DNA of 64,000 bases from Bacteriovoracia bacterium. GTDB taxonomy: Bacteria > Bdellovibrionota > UBA1018 > JBFWNL01. Of the stretch, positions 59,290 to 64,000 are shown in pieces. The stretch spans positions 256,001-320,000 of the forward strand of contig JBFWNL010000002.1 in the NCBI GenBank assembly GCA_050251055.1, given 5' to 3'. A program made the translations under genes and the position numbers. The stretch's first letter is position 1; each line of letters starts with the position of its first letter. Below the pieces are notes generated by a model. It made no database searches. It saw only the letters and a list, made by a program, of their open reading frames with translations, and was not told the DNA's origin.

Positions 59290-60646
59290 CGACGCCACCC
59301 AGCGCATCCGCGCCCGCATCTGGAAGCGCCTGAACCGTCCGGTCGCCAAGCCCGAGGGCATGGCGCTCTTCATGGTCCTTTCGGCGGTGGCGATCCTTTC
59401 GCTGCTCGTCACCGAGTTCACCTACGTGTCGCAGGTGAACCGGAAAATGGCATACGATAGCGTGGATCAGCTCCAGGCATTTTACACGGCTAAGAGCGCG
59501 CTGAAAATCTCGCTACTGCGCCTGAAGGCCTATCAGAACGTGAAGAATTACATCGCGAGCGCCGGCGCCTCGGTGCCCGTCCCTAAGAACGTGATCGAGC
59601 TGATCTGGACGTTTCCCTTGATCTTCCCGATCCCGACTTCCGTGCCGGGCCTGAGCGACTTCGACAAGGAGCGGATCCAGAAGTTCCAGGACGACTCGAA
59701 CATCAAGGGCTCCTACACCGCTTCCATCGAATCCGAGTCGTCGCGCTATAACTTGAACATGCTGCTGCAGACGTTCATCCCGGCGGACCCCTCCCCGAGC
59801 CCCTCCCCTACGCCCACTCAAAATCCCGACGGCACGACGAGCACCCCGACCCCCACGCCGACTCCGACGAGCACGGACGCGAACAAAAAAGAGTTCGACC
59901 CGGCGGCGGCCCGTAAGAACCTCTTTGACTTCCTCTCGAACATCCTGCGGGCGAAAATCGACGCCGACGAGGACTTCGCGCGCGAGTACCGCGACTTCAA
60001 CCTGGCCGAGATGCTGGAAGGCGTTTACGCCTGGGCGGACCGGAGCTACCAGGCCCCGAACCGCGTTCAAGAAGCCGAGATCCCGCCCAAGCGGATGCCA
60101 TTCTTCTCCGTTAGCGAACTGCACATGATTCCGGGATTCGATGACAAGCTCTTTGACCTTTTCTCACCCGCCCTGACTGCCAGCACCACGCCCGGCATCA
60201 ACGTCAATACCATGAAGGCGGTCACGCTGCGCGCCCTCGTCCCAGGCATCACCGACGAGGAGGTGAAAGACTTCTTCACTTACCGGGACTCCCAGGAAGA
60301 AGACCACCTCTTCAAGACGGTAGACGATTTTTTGACGTACCTGCAGAAGAACGTGGCCATCTTCCGTAACGACGCCGACGAGACGAAGGAATTCAAGCAG
60401 GAGCTGGAAAAAAAGGGGATCCGGCTCGTGACGGACGAAACCGAGTTTAAAATCACCGTTCAAGCGACCGTGGAGCAGGCGTCGCGCAGCATCGAGGCTT
60501 GGGTCGCGCTTTCCACCCCCAAGTCGACCGGTACGGGTTCCAACCCGGCCCCCACGCCCACGCCTTCGCAGGTCCCGGGCGCACCCGCCGGCACCCCGCC
60601 CAAACCGGATCCTGGTTTAAAGGTGCTGTTTATGAGATTCTTATAG
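59267..60646 (+). CDS. gspK: Minor pseudopilin GspK-like
   Basis: G|MALFMVL (no E5), ESSRYNLN, FFSVSELHMIPGF, INVNT. Confidence 0.85.
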   Translation: MGFPRAFSDATQRIRARIWKRLNRPVAKPEGMALFMVLSAVAILSLLVTEFTYVSQVNRKMAYDSVDQLQAFYTAKSALKISLLRLKAYQNVKNYIASAGASVPVPKNVIELIWTFPLIFPIPTSVPGLSDFDKERIQKFQDDSNIKGSYTASIESESSRYNLNMLLQTFIPADPSPSPSPTPTQNPDGTTSTPTPTPTPTSTDANKKEFDPAAARKNLFDFLSNILRAKIDADEDFAREYRDFNLAEMLEGVYAWADRSYQAPNRVQEAEIPPKRMPFFSVSELHMIPGFDDKLFDLFSPALTASTTPGINVNTMKAVTLRALVPGITDEEVKDFFTYRDSQEEDHLFKTVDDFLTYLQKNVAIFRNDADETKEFKQELEKKGIRLVTDETEFKITVQATVEQASRSIEAWVALSTPKSTGTGSNPAPTPTPSQVPGAPAGTPPKPDPGLKVLFMRFL

Positions 60647-60670
60647 GGCAAGGAATTCAGGAGGAACGCC

Positions 60671-62314
60671 ATGCGAGTGCTGGGCTTAGACATCGGAAGT
60701 CAAAGCGTGAAGGGGGTGGAGTTCGACTCCGCCTTGCGCCGCTTCGACATCCGCGAGTACCACGAAGAGAAAGTCCAGCCCGGCGAGTCCCCGTATATCG
60801 CGGCCGCCCGGCTCCTGATGAACCTTCCCAAACCTCCGGACAAGGTCGCCGTCGCGCTTCCGCCCGACCGTGCCACCTTCCGAAATCTCCAGCTACCCAC
60901 CAAGGACAAGAAGGCGATCCAAGCCGCCTTGGGTTTTGAGCTGGAGGACGAGCTCCCTTTCGATCTCGAAAGCGCGTCCTACGTCTACACAATCCTCTCG
61001 CAGACCAAGCAAGGCTCGTCCGTGCACGTAGCGACAACCCTGCAAAAGCACCTGGGCGAGCATCTCGGGCTGCTCGCGGAGGCCGGCCTCGACCCCGACC
61101 TGCTCACGACCCACACTTGGGCTTACCGCACGGTTTTCAATCGCGTGCTTTCAAAGAACGAAGAGGAGCGGCCCACGTTGCTCGTTCACTTCGGGGCTCG
61201 GCGCACCACGCTCTATCTCCACCACCAAGGCAATCCCCTGCTCACCAAGGAGCTCGCCTGGGGCGGCGCGGATTTCACTACCGCCATCGCTAAAAACTAC
61301 AACATCGCCACCGAGGAAGCCGAGCAGGCGAAGATCGATAACGCATTCTTCTTATTGGCCCATCAGCGCGCCAAGGCCACGCCGGAGCAAGCCGAATTTT
61401 CCGAAATTCTTCAGAAAGCCTTCGCCCCCATCTTGCAGGAAGTCCGGCAAACCAACCTTACCTGCAAGAAGCTCAGCCAGCAGGTCATCGGCTCGATCTA
61501 CGTCTCGGGTCCGACCTCGCTCATGCCCGGCCTCGTGCAGACGCTGGAAGGCGAAACGGGTATCCCCGTCAGCCCGCTGCGCGCGTTGACCGCGGTTTCC
61601 ACCTCCGGCGTGCAGTACGCCGAAACCGCGGACTCCTCCCACCTTTTGGCCGCCGCGCTGGGACTCGCGTTGGTTTTGCCGGAAAAAGGCGGGATCATCA
61701 ACTTTCGCAAAGGCGACTTCGCCAAGCAGCATCGCTCAAACCTGGAGCTCTCCTCGCTCAAGGCGCCGCTCACTGGCGCCGGGATCGTACTCACCGCGCT
61801 TTTCCTCAGCCTGTCGGTCCAAAGCTTAGTGTATAAGAGCCGCGTAAAAGACGTCGACGCCCAGCTAGAGAAAGCCGTGAACTCGTTCTTCGGGTCCTTG
61901 GGTAAAACGGCGCTGAAATCCTACCTCGCGAGCCCCGCCAAACTGCGGGCGAAGGTAAAAGAAGACGTCGACAAGGCCCGCGCCATGGCGATGCTCATGG
62001 GGCCGAATCCTCACTCGCCCCTGGACTTCCTCAAGCAGCTTTCCTCCCACGTGAAACGCGACGTCGTGGTGGACATGACGTCTTATCAGGTAGGCGCCGC
62101 CGCCGAGAAGCCTTATGAATCAGACGCACGCACGCAAGTCGCGCTTACCTTCACGTCCAAGAACGAGCGCGCTCCCGATCTGCTCGAAAACATGCTTAAG
62201 CCCTTGATGGAATCCCTGACCCGCTCGAAAGTGGAAGAGATCAAAGAAGGCGCCGAAACCAAGTGGAAGGTGACTTTCACGGGCACCCCCAAGGAGAGCG
62301 CCTATGCTCGATAA
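60671..62314 (+). CDS. gspL: GspL with PilM-like actin-fold cytoplasmic domain
   Basis: VLGLDIGSQSVK, FELEDELPF, WGGADFT, INFRKGDFA then TM and periplasmic domain. Confidence 0.82.
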   Translation: MRVLGLDIGSQSVKGVEFDSALRRFDIREYHEEKVQPGESPYIAAARLLMNLPKPPDKVAVALPPDRATFRNLQLPTKDKKAIQAALGFELEDELPFDLESASYVYTILSQTKQGSSVHVATTLQKHLGEHLGLLAEAGLDPDLLTTHTWAYRTVFNRVLSKNEEERPTLLVHFGARRTTLYLHHQGNPLLTKELAWGGADFTTAIAKNYNIATEEAEQAKIDNAFFLLAHQRAKATPEQAEFSEILQKAFAPILQEVRQTNLTCKKLSQQVIGSIYVSGPTSLMPGLVQTLEGETGIPVSPLRALTAVSTSGVQYAETADSSHLLAAALGLALVLPEKGGIINFRKGDFAKQHRSNLELSSLKAPLTGAGIVLTALFLSLSVQSLVYKSRVKDVDAQLEKAVNSFFGSLGKTALKSYLASPAKLRAKVKEDVDKARAMAMLMGPNPHSPLDFLKQLSSHVKRDVVVDMTSYQVGAAAEKPYESDARTQVALTFTSKNERAPDLLENMLKPLMESLTRSKVEEIKEGAETKWKVTFTGTPKESAYAR

Positions 62315-62927
62315 TCTGAAAACCAAGCTCGAGGAATCCCTTCGCCAAGCCCGGGACTGGCTGAACGACCAAGTTTGGTTCCAGGAACTCAAGGCAAAAT
62401 GGGAAGAATTCGATCCCCAAAGCCAGCTTTACATCAAATATGCCACCGCCGGGATCGGCGCGTTCATGCTCGTGATCTTCGTTTTGAGCACCATGGCGCG
62501 CGTGGGGGGAGTTCGCCGGGACTACGAGGAAAAATCCGATCTCCTGACCTACATCCGCAACTCCCAGCTTGAAATGAAGGTCTTTAAGAAGTCCGGCATG
62601 GATCAGGCCTCGGAGCTCGACGCCCTTGATCCGAGTCGCTTAAACGAGTTCTTCAAGCAGAAGGCGACACTCGCGGAGATGCCGGACACCGCCGTCGAAG
62701 TGTCGATGGCCAAGGTCGGCAACAGCACCGAGACCGTCAAGGAGTCTCTCTTTGACCTCACGATCAAGCACGTCAGCATCAAGAAGCTAGCGCGCTACGC
62801 GCTGGAGCTCGAGCGCGCGACGATCAAGGTCCGCAACATGTCCATCGATACCGTCGGCGCGGACGGCTACCTGGACGCCAAGATGTCCGTGTCGGCCTTC
62901 AAGCTGGCCAAGACCGAGGAGAAATAA
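62304..62927 (+). CDS. gspM: GspM-like bitopic membrane protein
   Basis: Single TM after WEEFDPQSQ, coiled coil, position between gspL and gspN. Confidence 0.7.
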   Translation: MLDNLKTKLEESLRQARDWLNDQVWFQELKAKWEEFDPQSQLYIKYATAGIGAFMLVIFVLSTMARVGGVRRDYEEKSDLLTYIRNSQLEMKVFKKSGMDQASELDALDPSRLNEFFKQKATLAEMPDTAVEVSMAKVGNSTETVKESLFDLTIKHVSIKKLARYALELERATIKVRNMSIDTVGADGYLDAKMSVSAFKLAKTEEK

Positions 62928-64000
62928 TGAGCGAAGCGGCGATCGGCCCCGGAAACACGGACGAAACCCAAAGCAGCGAGACCGAGCTGACGGGCTTTCT
63001 GCCGAAGCTGCGCAAATACCTGCGGTACGCCCGGTGGGGTGCATTCGCGCTGGGCTGCCTGCTCTTTTTCATCATCATGAAGATGCCCGTTTTCAAGGTG
63101 AAGAATTTCATCGAGGGCACCATCGCGGCGTCGCTCAATCCCTATGGCATCACTTACAGCGCCAAGTCGTCGTCCCTCTCGTTCCTATTCGGAATCCGCT
63201 ACACGCTCAAGGGCGTGACCTTGCGCTCGGCGAATCTCGACCGCGAGATCGTGATCGACAAGGTCCAGGTGAGCCCGAACCTGCTCCCGCTCCTGATCGG
63301 CCGCCAGTCCATCAGCGCCAGCGTACGTTCAAAGTACGGCGACGCCGATCTCACCGCCTCGCTACGAAAGCGGGAGGTGGATCTCGCGCTAGAGACCTCC
63401 GACTTCAATCCCCTCGAAATGGGGCTAGGTAAACTGCTCACCGGACTGCCACTGAACGGTCGTTTAAAGGTAAACGCCGACGTCTCACTGTCCGGCGACC
63501 TGCAGTTCATGCGGAACGTCTCCGGCCAGGGCACAATTACGGTCAAGGATCTCGACGTTTCCGAAGTACCGCTGCAAGGGGGAAATCTCCCGAAACTGGG
63601 AGCGAAATCCATCGCGCTTTCATTCAAGGCCAATAACAGCGCGATCACCCAGCTGAAGCTTTCCGTGAAGGATCTCAAGTCTGACAAATTCTCTCTCCAG
63701 GGCCTGGGACTGCCGGACGCCGCCATTTCCTCCATCGAGGTGGATGCGGAAGGCAAAGATCAGAAACTCGTGTTTAAGACCCTCAAAATCGGCGAAAAAC
63801 CCGAAGACGACTTGCGGGGCACGGGCAAGGGCGAGATCGAGCTCCCACTACAGAACCTCATGGCGGGCCGAGTCGACCTCAAAACCCGGTTGACGCTTTC
63901 AGATAAGGTTTATAAAAAGCTCACCTTGATCGACCTTTTCCTGAAGGACGGGAAGAGGGCGGATGGATCTTACGGTATCGTCTTCAGCGGCCCCATGGGC
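62927..64000 (+). CDS. gspN: GspN-like protein (runs off window end; not in the ORF track)
   Basis: ATG overlaps gspM TAA; open frame MSEAAIGPGN...WGAFALGCLLFFIIMKMP...beta-rich...GSYGIVFSGPMG with no stop before 64000. Confidence 0.75.
   Translation, partial: MSEAAIGPGNTDETQSSETELTGFLPKLRKYLRYARWGAFALGCLLFFIIMKMPVFKVKNFIEGTIAASLNPYGITYSAKSSSLSFLFGIRYTLKGVTLRSANLDREIVIDKVQVSPNLLPLLIGRQSISASVRSKYGDADLTASLRKREVDLALETSDFNPLEMGLGKLLTGLPLNGRLKVNADVSLSGDLQFMRNVSGQGTITVKDLDVSEVPLQGGNLPKLGAKSIALSFKANNSAITQLKLSVKDLKSDKFSLQGLGLPDAAISSIEVDAEGKDQKLVFKTLKIGEKPEDDLRGTGKGEIELPLQNLMAGRVDLKTRLTLSDKVYKKLTLIDLFLKDGKRADGSYGIVFSGPMG

Noticed and set aside
59780-59880. CCGAC/CCCAC-like repeats in gspK as a CRISPR or VNTR
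   Set aside because: Imperfect codon-level repeats for a Pro-Thr linker; no repeat-spacer structure and no cas genes.

Overview
GC-rich (roughly 60%) bacterial chromosome segment, most likely from a Bdellovibrionota (Oligoflexia/Bdellovibrionia-like) organism. This assignment is inferred from a TIGR02147/DUF4423 HTH protein, many orphan secreted proteins and lipoproteins, and a deltaproteobacterial-type gsp cluster. Housekeeping genes include icd-mdh-sucCD, ndk, nadE, nadA, cysS, carD, mnmC, a DTW protein, an acyl-CoA dehydrogenase and hmgA. A nearly complete type II secretion operon (gspCDEFGHIJKLMN, running off the right end) has a consensus sigma-54 promoter and two palindromic enhancer-like boxes. 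Accessory loci: a fused double ATP-grasp ligase followed by a DmpA/beta-aminopeptidase-family peptidase; a four-gene minor pilin cluster headed by an 887-aa PilX/HpsA-like protein; a fungal-type secreted glucoamylase; a lipoprotein with a metallothionein-like Cys cluster; a GT-C-like membrane protein with a G10 tract; a TPP riboswitch-controlled sodium:solute symporter; and an FG-GAP protein with a sigma-54 promoter. Several genes appear to be leaderless. I saw no tRNA, rRNA, CRISPR array or transposase. All family assignments come from recognising motifs by eye, not from database searches.
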